64,000 nt of DNA from Octopus sinensis (taxonomy: Eukaryota), in the NCBI RefSeq assembly GCF_006345805.1, contig NC_043006.1, positions 51,770,001-51,834,000 of the forward strand. The letters are read 5' to 3'. The notes under the pieces were generated by a model, which did no database searches, was not told where the DNA came from, and saw nothing but the letters and a program-made list of their open reading frames with translations. Below are positions 25,635 to 38,890 of this stretch, piece after piece. Position numbers and translations under genes: made by a program. Each line of letters opens with the position of its first letter. The stretch's first letter is position 1.

Positions 25635-25879
25635 GTTTCTTGCTTCTCTTAACTCTCTGAATATAAAACAAAAACAGAAATATGTTTGAAAGCGCGCGCG
25701 CACACATACACACACACACGCACACATTCATACGCACGCACACACATATACACACACCAATGTGTGTGCGTATGTGAGTGCATGCGTGGATCTGATGAGT
25801 GTACCAACACATATGCATACACACACGTATATAATGTATGTATGTCATTGTTCGGTTTTATTTCAAGATTTCTTGCCAA

Positions 25880-26611
25880 TAGAGAAAGAGCCAGTTTCTA
25901 ACCTAGATCCAAGGCTCCTTTATTGGAATTTCAACTTCAATAACAAGGTATTTTTGTATGTATGTATGTCTTTTCTATTTTTTTAATGAGTATAAATCTT
26001 CCACTAAGGAGGGTGCCGGTTTCCAACAAAGATACAAGGCTCCATCTTTCGGATGTAGTTAACACAGACAAATTCACATTTGGATCTCGAGAAAAGACTT
26101 GCATATTTTTACTGTTCCATTCACAAATTGCATTTGTAATGTGCGAATTAGCCCGTCGATTTCTCTTTCTCAAAATACCAGTTTATCCAGATTCTCCTTT
26201 AAGCATTTACGAACAAAACCAATTATTATTGGTATGAATATGAATTCATCGTCTGGATATAGAAGCTGGAGGTTTCGAAGCAGTTGTCTATAGATATCCT
26301 CTTTTTCTTTGATTTTCAAAGAGATATTTATATCTGCAGGGTAGCTGTCTTCTAAGATGGTACACACCTTTGCATCTCTGTTCCTAACAACAATATCCAG
26401 CCTGTTATATTTACTTTTGACAGAAGTTTTGATGGGAATATTCCATCAGTTTTCCTTGAGTTGGTGTTTATGAATGTCTTCCATAACAGGGATTTTCTAA
26501 GTTTATTTCAGGACAGTCTTTTTTTACGGATGGCATTGTAAATTTTTTTAACAACAACATCGTGCCACGTAGGGAGGTAGTACCGTGACGACATTTTAGG
26601 ACAGCTGCTAA

Positions 26612-26612
<1 letters not shown>
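25880..26612 (-). mobile_element. 3' fragment of an RLE-type (R4/CRE-like) non-LTR retrotransposon
   Basis: ISSCPKMSSRYYLP..HD zinc-knuckle remnant, WNIPIKT, YNRLDIVV (PD-like) and KIKEKEDIY..L; presumed 3' UTR to ~25880. Confidence 0.8.
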
Positions 26613-26705
<93 letters not shown>

Positions 26706-26725
26706 GCACACTCACACACACACAC

Positions 26726-27216
26726 ATAACAACAATAATTCTAGGATAGAATTTATAAATATTTAATGCATATTTAGTATAGAATTTATAAATATTTAAT
26801 TTATAAATATTCAATATTTAACGCGCGTTTCCACAAATCACATGACTTTAATATCAGAGTCCGTATCCTTGATATGATTACAGCATAGTCCCTAGCGTCC
26901 ATGGGCATCCGGTTGATCATCATCATTGATTTATTTCACCAGGTGATACTGCATTAGTGGATGAATCACGGATGTTTATAGCTAGATTGGCCATCACATT
27001 GACAAGAAGGGATAAACATCCCTCTATGATTGATCTACTAATACACTATCGCCTGATGAAATGAATCAATGATGATGATCAACCGGATACTCACGGATAC
27101 TACAGACTATACTGTAATCATCTCAAGGATACGAACTCTGATGCTAAAGTCATGTGATAAACGCGCGTAGCGATGCATTAAATATCTATAAATTCCATCC
27201 TAGAATTATTGTTATT
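26726..27216. repeat. Foldback (MITE-like) element with ~200-250-bp inverted arms and a ~30-nt loop
   Basis: Arms align throughout by eye, e.g. CCGGTTGATCATCATCATTGATT / AATCAATGATGATGATCAACCGG. Confidence 0.88.
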
Positions 27217-27497
27217 ATTATATTTATCTTACATTATATCGGTATAACCATGATGCAACCACGAAAAACTGAGTAACTAGTCAGCATCATCAGATGATAG
27301 CTGGCATAATGAAATAGCAGCTTTATTTGCATGCCCACACAATTTGTAAATATAAAAATTGGTTTTAGAATTTTCTATGACGGCCCAATTCGTTAAGTTT
27401 GAATGTGTAACCCGCTATTTTAGAAAATAAGGGAAAGCAGTCATCTGGTTAATATATCGTTCAATATTTAGTACTTTAGATGTTAGAAAAAAAAGTC

Positions 27498-27660
27498 GCC
27501 GGCATGGATGTATGGTAAGAAGTTTCTTTACCAACATGGTTTGGTTTACGGTTCAGATCCATTGCATGACAGCTCAGCGTCTTCTACAATAGCCTCGAAC
27601 AGACAGAAAATTTTTGAGTGATTTTGGTACATGAAAACAGAATCCTGTCGTATATATATG
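27498..27660 (+). mobile_element. Highly diverged 5' half of SINE family B
   Basis: Recognisable head (GGATGTATGGTAAGAAG), TCTTCTACAATAGCCTCG and CCTGTCGTATATAT. Confidence 0.55.
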
Positions 27661-28081
27661 GAGACTATATATGTATCAAACAACTCACTGTGAGAATGTT
27701 ATGAAGCTTTAAGGCGCTACACAAGTATTCAGTATTCCTTTGATCCAGCGCTTACAAGTTCATTGCGTAGTGCAATAAGGTATTACCTTAATGTTACGCA
27801 ATATTCGTTCGGTGAGTCTTTTGAAATAATGTCTAGTGCATTATTACCTATACTATTGCCTTCCCCAACAGATTTATTATCGTATAATTAGCAACTTTGT
27901 TGCTATATACTGAAGTTGTATAGTGGCGGTCATCGTCGAATTTTCTATCCAGTTCAATATGGAACAATGTCTGTTGGATATATTGATTAATAAACTTTAT
28001 CGATCACCTACTTTGTGTTATCTGTATAGCCCTTGACTGTACTACGACAGTGGCGGATCTCACTAATGTATTATATATATA

Positions 28082-29863
28082 GGGTGGAGCGAAAAAGGCA
28101 ACTTTCGAAATTGGTAACCAAGAATCAATATTTTGTTGCGAATTAAGGTAAAAAAAAATGTGTGTAAAGAACTTTGCAGTTAGATATTTTTTCAGACTCC
28201 GCAAAGCAATTAGAATTTTTAAAAGTCGCTATTTTTGGTAGAATTTTGAATTTCATGGAGTATAAGTCGTAACGAATACAAATTTCTACATAGCAGAATG
28301 CAAAACAGTAAATATAGTATCCTTAAGAGGTTACATACTAAGTTGTAATACATTTGGCTCATATCTTGAGGTTCTGTATTGACTACAAAGAGAACGGGAG
28401 TGTGAACTTCTCTCCAGGGCCGCTGCAACGGTCGTTGCGTGAGGACGTACGTCGTACGTGTTTGAAGTTTTCTACTTTGTACCTTGACTATAGGCCACTG
28501 TATTAAAATTCATGATCGTGTTAAATTTAGTGCTAATAACGTGTGAAATAATGAATGCCAAATATTTGGTACTCCATGTGATCTTAGCGAGCGAGTTTTG
28601 CCAACTTACAAGGACGTACCAAAATGTGTTTTATTTGACCGACAAAAAGAAAACAAATCGCCAAGATTGTAGCAGAAAAGACAATTCTTCTTTGGCAAAA
28701 GGCATCCATTCCTTGTGTTACGATTGAGTCAGTTAAACCGAAAAATCTTAAACTTTTATCGAAAGTACTAAGTATTACTAAAATCTGTGAAAACTAGAAA
28801 AAAAATGTGGCATTTCAAACAAAGTGTAATGTGTTTCAAAACCATGCAACAAAAGATTTATTTGACATTTCACGTTGCAAATGCAGCTCCTTTAAAAATT
28901 GCAGTTGTAGGAGAGACAAAAAAGTACCACAGAGAGAATAAAATTTTTTACAGGATCAACGGACAAATCGAAAAATAATCATTGACGGAATAGATCAAGC
29001 AGTATCTAAACAGAGTGTTGAGAGGTTGATTAGAAAGAATCGGCCAGATCACAGTCGCCCTTCTACATCAGCAAAAGATTCTGAATTGATAGCGATTTTA
29101 TCAAGGAGTGAATCTGGAAATGGATCAGCGGGCGAAGATGAAAATTTTCCAATTCCATTTGCCACGAAACGAAAAGACGTCAGCAAAAACGTAAGTTCAA
29201 AAACACCAGTAAAACGAATGAAATTCCCAGAATTCTGCAGGTGACCGCACCGGTGTGTCAGACCATACTGCTGCTCTTCTTACAAGTTCGGTCAACAGCG
29301 ACTTAACGGCATGTTAACAGAATGTTCTTTTGTTATGGACAGATCGAAAGTAAGGCGGGAATGATCCAGGTAATGTAAATCCCTGCAGCAGGAAGGTAGG
29401 CCACATCAACCATTGTTTGCCGCATATTTTGACGGAAGAGGGACACAACTTTCATAAGTGAACAAATGGGAAAAACATTTCGTAGTAAAGATAACCAAGT
29501 CGAAAAGTCTATTTATTTCACATAATTTCGACATTTCAAGTGCATTGCGGAGTCTGAAGATATACACTATAGAGTGTGAAATTTTAACACATTAGTTTGT
29601 AAGAGATTTTGCAAAAGAAATTAGGTACGTAACAATGAATGTATAAAAAATAAAAATGAGGAACAACAAACGTGTTATAAATTGATTTTCAAACGTGTTA
29701 TGAACTGATTATTCAAAATTTCAAGTAGGCTGCGGAGCCTGAAGTTGTAAATTTAAGAACTTCAGATTTTAACACAATTGTTTTAAAGGATTTCGCAATA
29801 GAAAAATATAGTCTTGAAAACATTTCGAAAATCTGTGTAAAAAGTATACTTTTCGCTCCATCC
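28082..29863 (+). mobile_element. Internally deleted TIR DNA transposon with a Sola-like transposase N-terminus
   Basis: TIRs GG(G/A)TGGAGCGAAAA with TA flanks. Decayed ORF motifs LPTYKDV, WQKASIP, LFDISRCKC..C.C..KVP, DQR, DRTGVSD, MDRSKVRRE and YFDGR. Superfamily assignment is from motif recall. Confidence 0.65.
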
Positions 29864-29897
29864 TAATACACACGCACACACACACACACATACACGT

Positions 29898-29928
<31 letters not shown>

Positions 29929-30032
29929 TACATACATATATACATACATACATACATACATACATACATACATACATACATACATACATACACGCATACA
30001 TACATACATGCATGCATACATACATACATACA

Positions 30033-30063
<31 letters not shown>

Positions 30064-30422
30064 CTTTGGCCGCCTGATCCCGACGAGATACGTTCCTGTG
30101 AGGAGTCTATTGCATGGGGCCAAATCAAACTGTTTTAAAATATATATGTATACATACATACATACATACATATATATATATACGTTTACTATATATATAT
30201 ATATATATATATATATCTATATATAGTAAACGTTAATGGCGTTTAAAATATTCAGAAACTATTTCGATAGAATTTATTTAATGTGGTCCTAAAACATTAC
30301 CTCATAATATATAACACATCTTCATAAGGCAACATTTTCAACAGTTAAGACCTGGACATCACCAACATTTGTTTTGATTCTTAAGGAATTCTTATTATTA
30401 AGGTATATATTTTATCTGGTGT

Positions 30423-30470
30423 GTATACGTGTAGACTGATATCTGTTTATATTTTATCTGATATAAATAC

Positions 30471-30544
<74 letters not shown>

Positions 30545-30548
30545 ATAG

Positions 30549-30642
<94 letters not shown>

Positions 30643-30742
30643 ATATATAATATACATATACATACACACACACGCACATATATATATACATATATATGTA
30701 TGTATATCAGATAAAATATAAACGGATATCAGTCTATACGTA
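30423..30742. repeat. Microsatellite block enclosed by ~45-bp inverted repeats
   Basis: TAGACTGATATCTGTTTATATTTTATCTGATATA pairs with TATATCAGATAAAATATAAACGGATATCAGTCTA. Confidence 0.88.
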
Positions 30743-30823
30743 GTTGTGACCTATGACGTGTCTTGGGTACTTTTAGAGATGAGGGAGACCATCCCTCTCC
30801 AGGTCTCACAACAGCGGATTTCT

Positions 30824-30911
<88 letters not shown>

Positions 30912-31399
30912 AGGAGGGAGGTAGGGAGGGAGCGATAGTCGGAAAGAAAGATAGAGAAAAATCGACTTCGGTACTTTAGTACAAAACTAGTACTTTATTA
31001 ATTGCAATAGGTAAAGACAAGTAGTCACCATCGGCAGGATCAAAACTGAAAACGTTGACAGTCGGAGCGAACACCAAAGGCTTTAACCACTCGGTGGCCA
31101 GTTCACCGTATTAATACCATTAATCTACAAAAGCTACTTCGCAAACGTATGGTTATGAAGTTCTCTTCACAGTCATACAGATTCGGTCAGGGTTAGGGTT
31201 AGATTCCACCATACTGCATTTTGGACGAGTCACCTTTCACGAGTTACCCCAAGCATTGTAAGTGAAATTTAGTTGATGAAACTGTGCGGAAGCTCATCCG
31301 TTGTACTTTAGTTGTTACCCAGTTTAATACTACCAAGTAGCTCTTGATATTTTTGAGTGCAGTTTTGTGTCTATTGTACGAAATAAATAGATCTCAAGA

Positions 31400-31812
31400 C
31401 AATTATCTTTAATTTTGGCATGCGGTCATTGATTTTAGCGGGAGGGGATAACTCGATACCATAACTCGATACCATAGACTCAGTAGTTGACTGAGGCGTT
31501 ATTTTTCCGACCCCGAAAGGATGAAAAGCAAAATAATGTTTGGCTTGATTTAAGCTCAGAACTTAAAAGAACTGGAAGAAATACCTATTTCTTTATTACC
31601 CACAAGGGGCTAAACACAGAGGAGACAAACAAGGACAGACATAGGTATTAAGTCGATTACATCGACCCCAGTGCGTAACTGGGACTTAATTTATCGACCC
31701 CGAAAGGATGAAAGGCAAAGTCGACCTCGGCGGAATTTGAACTCACAACGTAACGCAGACGAAATACCATTAAGTTTATTGCCTAACGCGTTAATGTTTC
31801 TGCGAGCTCGAT
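31400..31812 (-). mobile_element. Two adjacent SINE family A copies (decayed alternative-tail copy plus a near-full copy)
   Basis: 31586-31812 matches the reverse complement of 45849-46079; 31400-31585 is a decayed copy. Confidence 0.8.
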
Positions 31813-31967
31813 GTTGTTTGTGTAAACAACAGAGCATAATATATTTAAAACATGTGAGATTAGGGTGATAGACAAAGGGTTAAATCAAAAGAAATTGGTA
31901 GAAATGTGGTAATGAGGTTAAATTTAAAATAGACTATTAGAATATACAAAGTAATTTAACAATGATT

Positions 31968-32235
31968 ATAAGCGGATTATGGTTCGCGGTTTCGATTCCC
32001 AGACCGGGCGTTGTGAGTGTTTATTGAACGAAAACACCTAAAAGCTCCACGAGGCTCCGGCAGCGGGTGGTGGCGATCCCTGCTGTACTCTTTCGCCACA
32101 ACTTTCTCTCACTCTTTCTTCTGTTGGCCTGCTCGCTTAGCTAGCGGGGTGGCGTCATTTGAAGGCTAAAACAATGCGAAGCACATTGTAACCAGCGATG
32201 TATAGCAACATCTGATAGCCTGGTCGGATTATGGG
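31968..32235 (+). mobile_element. 5'-truncated tRNA-derived SINE of another family (D)
   Basis: B-box-like GGTTTCGATTCCC followed by a GC-richer body unlike the flanks; single copy in this window. Confidence 0.5.
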
Positions 32236-33469
32236 GATACTAATCGAAGTGATATATGTGTGTGAAATATAGAGTTTGAATCAAAATAGACTTCAGAATT
32301 ATCGTGAAAGATTACGTGAAGCGTAACGCATCAATAAATGCGCGCTTGACTAACTAGAAAAAGCTGCCAAATTTCCCTCAACACCTTACGTATCAAACAC
32401 GAGAAGGATACATTGGATAATATACCCCAACGCAGTTGGAAAACGACGACATGGTCACAGGTGTAAAGCCTGTGATCATAGTTCTGTTCGAACAGGATCG
32501 ACCATAGCGAATAGGATTGAACGATAATGACACGAGTTAAAAAATAAACATAGGTGTTGGACATGATTTTAAAGCAAAGGTGTTACTAAAAGAAGATGGT
32601 AATGTACTAAGGGTACAGTTAATGTTGACACGATTAATCAAAAGTGAAAAATGTAAAGGGTGAAGTAAAGGTCGGGAACGCAACAGGTTACCGTCTCGTA
32701 GTGAGATTAGATAGGGAGAGGAGCATCATTTCAAATAGGGATAGAAATTTGGAGCAGCAGCAGTGGCAGCTAAAAAAATATATATAAAAAGATCTATGAG
32801 GACGGGACAATAATTGAAGGGTAAGGATTAGGCGTGGAAATAGAGGAAAAGCAGAACACGAATATATAAACAAACAGGGTTTGGGCGGATGTTTTTTTTA
32901 TTTGTCAAGTAGTAAAAGTTTGTAAGTCGAACAATGATTTTTGATATTGGCCCAAACGTAAACATTTGAGAGGGTGAGAGCGATCTCACTCGTGTTTATT
33001 TGGTCGATTCAGTACAGAGATGGTTTCTATTTAATCAATCCCAACGATATACAACTGGTACTTTTTCCTTTATCATTACCAGAAATATGAACCCAGAACG
33101 TAAAAGACCGAAACTAAATACGTAAAGATATTTTTTTGTTGGACGTGGTCATATTTTAATTCTTTTTTTTTTCCAATACCAAAGGAAATGATACTTCCTA
33201 ACATAGGTACAAAATCATAAATTTGTACTTTAAAGTACCAGTCAAATACTGGGGTCAATTACATTGATCCCAGAACTTTACTGGTACTTTATAATATAGA
33301 TCACAATAAAATGAAAGGCAAAGTTGATCTCGGCGCGAGCCAGAGGAATAATAACAATAACAACAAGAATACTTACTGTGACAGAATATAGGAGAACAAT
33401 TCCTATGTTGAGGAACAAATGCAATATTAAGGTGGTGCTGATGATGCTGATAATACTACTACTATTATA

Positions 33470-33738
33470 TTAGTATTATTATTAGTAGTAGTAGTAGTAG
33501 TGGTGGTGGTGGTGGTGGTGGTGGTGGTGGAGGTGGAGGTGGTGGTGGTGTTGGTGCCGGTGACAATCTCAGCACTCGCTCGTGTTATGTTAGGGTTTGG
33601 ATGCAAAAATGAAACAGTGTGGGAAATAGTAGCGATGGAGAGATAGTTGAGTATGTGTGTGTGTGAAGCCTCTTCCTCTATGTGCACGAGGCTTCATTAT
33701 GTAAGAGAGAGAGAGAGAGGGAGAGAGAGAGAGAGAGG

Positions 33739-33770
<32 letters not shown>

Positions 33771-33790
33771 GAGAGAGAGCGAGAGACAGA
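33470..33790. repeat. (TAG)n/(TGG)n and (GA)n simple repeats
   Basis: Seen directly. Confidence 0.9.
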
Positions 33791-34724
33791 GAGTCCATCC
33801 TGTGTGTGCGCGTTTGTGTTTGAGATGCGTCATTGCGTGTGTATTGTAAGGGATTCATTTTGTATATGCGTGTGTATGTATCTGGCTCTGCTACACCATT
33901 TAATCTATCTTTTCATTTCTTCCCATCATTCTTTCTCTCTCTAACTCACCCTCTGGCCATCCTCTTCCTTTTCATCTTTCTCTCTATCTCTGTTCCTGTC
34001 TTTCTGACTCACTGTATTTCTATTTGTCTTTTCCTCTCTAATTCCTCATACCTCAATCTATATAAACTTTTTGTCTCTTCCTCTTTTTCTTCTCACTCAC
34101 TCACTATTTCACTCTCCCCCTCTATCACTCTTCCTCTCACTGTCACTCCATATCGTTCTCTCGCAATGCGTGTATATTTCTCTCTGTTTGTCTCTCTTTA
34201 CATTTAGCTCTTACTCCCATTCTCCCAAACTCTTTTACTGCCACCATTTCCCATTTACCTGCCTTCCTTCTCCCTCTCTCACTTGAAATCGCGCTCCATC
34301 TTTTTCTCTCTTTCCCTCTTTTTTCATTCTATCCTTCACTCAAGAAATTATTTAACATCCTTCTCTTCCTCCTACTCTTTTACTTTCCCATTCACTCCCA
34401 CTCCTGCTTCCTTGTTCTACTTTCACTATCACAACCACTAACATCTTTACTCAGTATGGTAACTATTGTGAGTGTGTGTGCATGTGAGGAAATGCGTGAA
34501 TGTGTGTGCATATGCGTGTGTGTATGTGCATGTGCGCGTGTGTGTGTGTGTGTGTACGTGAATGTGTGTGTGAGTGTATAGTGTGTGTGTGTGTGTATGC
34601 TATGTACCTTATGTTCACGTGGTTCTAAATTGTCCTGCATTAGGATTCTAATATTGGTAAAGATGATATTTGTTTAGGGGTTCTTAGTTTATGTAGGTTT
34701 TGTCACATATGTATATATAATATG

Positions 34725-34828
<104 letters not shown>

Positions 34829-35022
34829 CGTTTAACAGGTTTACAATATTTTCAGAGTCGAAGCAGACGACAACGCGAGAGAGTACCAGTACAAGGAGTT
34901 AAAATCAGTACTTAAAATCTTTTGAACTCTACATTTTTCTCAGTTTACATAATTTTCTTCAAGTTTTCTTAGTAAGGATTTAGCATATCGACAGTTTTCC
35001 ATTCTTCTATAATATATTTGTA

Positions 35023-35477
<455 letters not shown>

Positions 35478-36041
35478 AGTTTAATATCTTTAGTCCTTCT
35501 CCATAACCAGAATCGCTTTGTCCAAGTAAAACCATAAATACATTTCCCAAAAGTTGTCCTGTCAATTCTGAAGCGCATGTTTTGGAATTATATAAAGGAT
35601 TTAAAAATGGCAAACATGTAAAGAATTGTTCATATTGTTAGCTACACCGACAAAAAACCTGGCATTATAATGTTTTAATGGTTTTCCGTTTTCCTCTCCG
35701 TCACTCACAAAATTGCTTTAGTTGTACTACCTGAATTCTATGCATCAACCAAGGTTTCAGCTGTCTCACTTGGAATATAGGTGTACAGCCAAAGATCTCG
35801 CCTTGTATTTCCGTATCAGGAATTTTGCATGGAATTATGTAAGGTATCACTTAAATAGATTTTCAATGTGAAATCGTTACAATGTTTAGCTAACGCAGAT
35901 CTAGCCAGTGGTTCAGTTACATTAAAAATTACGGTTTCCCATTTTGATAGCCCTATGCGTAAATTTGACGAAAACAATTTTGAGTCCAAACTTGACGAAT
36001 GGTAAACTGTCTTGAAACTCTAGACGTTAGAAACTGTATAA

Positions 36042-36250
36042 TAATTATTTCTACTCTAGGCACAAGGCCTTTAAAAAATTTTGGGAAAGGGGGTTAGTCG
36101 ACTACATCGACCCCAGTACATAACTGGTGCTTATTTCATCGACCCCGAAAAGATGAAAGGCAAAGTCCAATTCGGCGGAATTTGAACTCAGAACGTAACG
36201 GCAGACGAAATTTCGCCCGGCTTGCTGACGATTCTGCCAGCTCGCAGCCT
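36042..36250 (-). mobile_element. SINE family A, alternative-tail variant
   Basis: Family A head and body with the CTACTCTAGGCACAAGGCC tail. Confidence 0.85.
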
Positions 36251-36510
36251 TCAAGAAACTGAATAATAATAATAATAAAAAAGAGGTGGTTTCTTTAACC
36301 GTGAGGCATCAAGAAGCATCAATTCAATGATATGTTTTTAATAAAGTATTGTGTTATGATGAACTATCAACAAAACACTAGCCGTGGTAATTGTAAAAAA
36401 AATCTTTAATATCCGATCAACTTCGTGCGCTACATATAACCCAGCAAAATAGCGACTGCATTATACTGTTCCCATAAGCTTTATTTTAGACGATGGTAAT
36501 CATTCAGTGT

Positions 36511-36671
36511 AGGAGTGGCTGTGTGGTATGTAGCTTGCTTACCAGCCACATCGTTCCGGGTTCAATTCCACTGGTGACGCCTTGGGCAAGCGTTTTCTAC
36601 TATAGCCTCGGGCCGACCAGAGCCTTGTGAGTGGATTTGGTAGACGGAAACTGAAAGAAGCCCGTCATATA
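36511..36671 (+). mobile_element. SINE family B 5' half, interrupted by a mariner
   Basis: AGGAGTGGCTGTGTGG...GAAAGAAGCCCGTCA TA matches 40279-40440. Confidence 0.9.
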
Positions 36672-37787
36672 CGAGGGGCGTTCAATAAGTAATGCCTCTG
36701 ACCCACTTGCAGTTGTTTGATCTCGCTGAAATTTTGCATGTGCAATTATTTATATCTCTATAGATTAAGTGGCAAATTACAGCTCTGAACTAATTGTGGT
36801 TTCCGATTTACAGGTGTTTGAACTGAGTCAAGTGTGAAATGGAGCATGTTGAGTGTCGAGCAGTGATCCGGTTTTTGTATTTGAAAGGACGCACACCACG
36901 GGAGACTTTTGATGAAATGAAAGTAACTTATGGTGATGATGCCCCATCATATGACCTTGTAAAACGCTGGCATCGTGAATTCAAACATGGTCGGAACTCT
37001 GTGGAAACAGCTCCCAGATCTGGTCGCCCCCTTCTGCCATTGATGAGGCATCTGTCTGTCAAGTTGAGGCTGCCATTTTGGAAGATCGACGCATAACTAT
37101 TCGCCAAATAGCCCATGAGGTCAAGATTAGTACCGGGTCTGTGGAAACTATCATTCATGACCATTTGCATATGCAAAAGGTGTCTGCCAGATGGATTCCC
37201 AGGTTGCTCACACCTTTCCAGAAGCAAGAACGCGTCGATTGCTCGAGGATGAATTTGGAGATGCGCCAAGAAGATGAGTCAACATTTTTCAAAAGACTGA
37301 TTGCATAGGATAAAACCTGGGTCCATCACTATGATCCAGAGACCAAATCCCAGTCAATGCAGTGGAAGCACCGTGACTCACCTCCTCTAAAGAAGGCAAG
37401 GGTGCAGCCCTCCGCTGGCAAAGTCATGCTTACAGTCTTCTGGGACCAGGACGGAGTAGTGAAGACAGATTTCCTGGCAAAGGGTGCCACAATTACTGGA
37501 GTCTATTATGCTTCACTTTTGAAGAAATTAAGAGAAGCTATCAAAATCAAGAGGCGGGGCAAGATCAGCAAAGGCATCCTCCTCCTGCAGGACAACGCTC
37601 CGATCCACAACTCGCGTGTCGCCAGATCAGAAGCACAGGCGTGCGGCTATGAACTCATCCCCCATCCCCCCTACTCTCCGTAACTCTGGGTGGTTCCTAT
37701 GTAGAAAAAGACTAATAACTGTTCCAAGTTTCGTTGCTCTACTGCTATGGGAAGTGGGTCAGGGGCATTACTTATTGAACGCCCCTC

Positions 37788-37788
<1 letters not shown>
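36672..37788 (+). mobile_element. Mariner (Himar1/irritans-like) with intact TIRs and a 3' internal deletion
   Basis: 37-bp TIRs matching at 36/37 positions, TA TSD. Transposase MEHVECRAVIRFLYLKG..WIPRLLT..QDNAP..HPPYSP with one frameshift, one stop, and truncation right after YSP. Confidence 0.95.
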
Positions 37789-37863
<75 letters not shown>

Positions 37864-38120
37864 ACATACACACATACATGCACTCACACACACGCACCCA
37901 CACTCATACACGCGCACACACATACACTCACACACACATATATGCATATACATATACATGCACATACACACATATTTATAAGTTTCATAGCTGGAGGGAG
38001 ATGAGCTTACAAATGTCCAAATACGCGGTAGGACATGAAGGAACCCCTACACCTCTATCATGTGCTGAATATCCAAGAAAAGGAATCTCTCTCTCGCTCT
38101 TTTCTTTCTTTCTTCTCTCC

Positions 38121-38185
<65 letters not shown>

Positions 38186-38344
38186 TTGACAACCTACTGT
38201 GGCAGTCCCATTTTGGGGCGAATGCTAGTGTTGTTTAGACCCAAGGGACATCGTCTCCATCTGGCTATGCGACACACAAATCTGTGTCCTTATATTTTCG
38301 AGCAGGGGAGGTTAGTACCCCCCACCAAGCACAAATCAGTACCT

Positions 38345-38550
38345 TATTTCTTTATTGCCTACAAGAGGCTAAACATAGAGGGGACAGACAAAGGGATTAA
38401 GCCGATTACATCGACCCTAGTGCGTAACTGGTACTTAATTTATAGACCCCGAAAGGATGAAAGACAAAGTCGTCCTCAGAACGTAACGGCAGACAAAATA
38501 CTGCTAAGCATTTCGCCCGGTGTGATAACGTTTCTGCCAGCTCGCCACCT
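38345..38550 (-). mobile_element. SINE family A with an internal deletion
   Basis: Family A tail and head present; ~25 bp missing near the B-box region. Confidence 0.8.
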
Positions 38551-38844
38551 TATACAGATACAGCACACAGATACAGGACAAAGCAGTATCTGTGGACCGT
38601 ACCGTTTCAGGGTTATTTCTTTTCGTCGGCACAGAATAACTCTTCGGCTGAGATGGCGCTGTTAAACACCCGTTCGAAAATATATATAATTTTCTTAGTG
38701 ACTCACAGTCACTGATTTAATAAAATAGAAACATTGTTGTTCCTAAATCTCTCAACGAGAGATATTCAGTAGCAGCACTTTAAAGTAACGATTTTTTGCC
38801 AACGATGTTTCCTTAGATACAATAATGTTTCTATTTTATCACAC

Positions 38845-38890
<46 letters not shown>

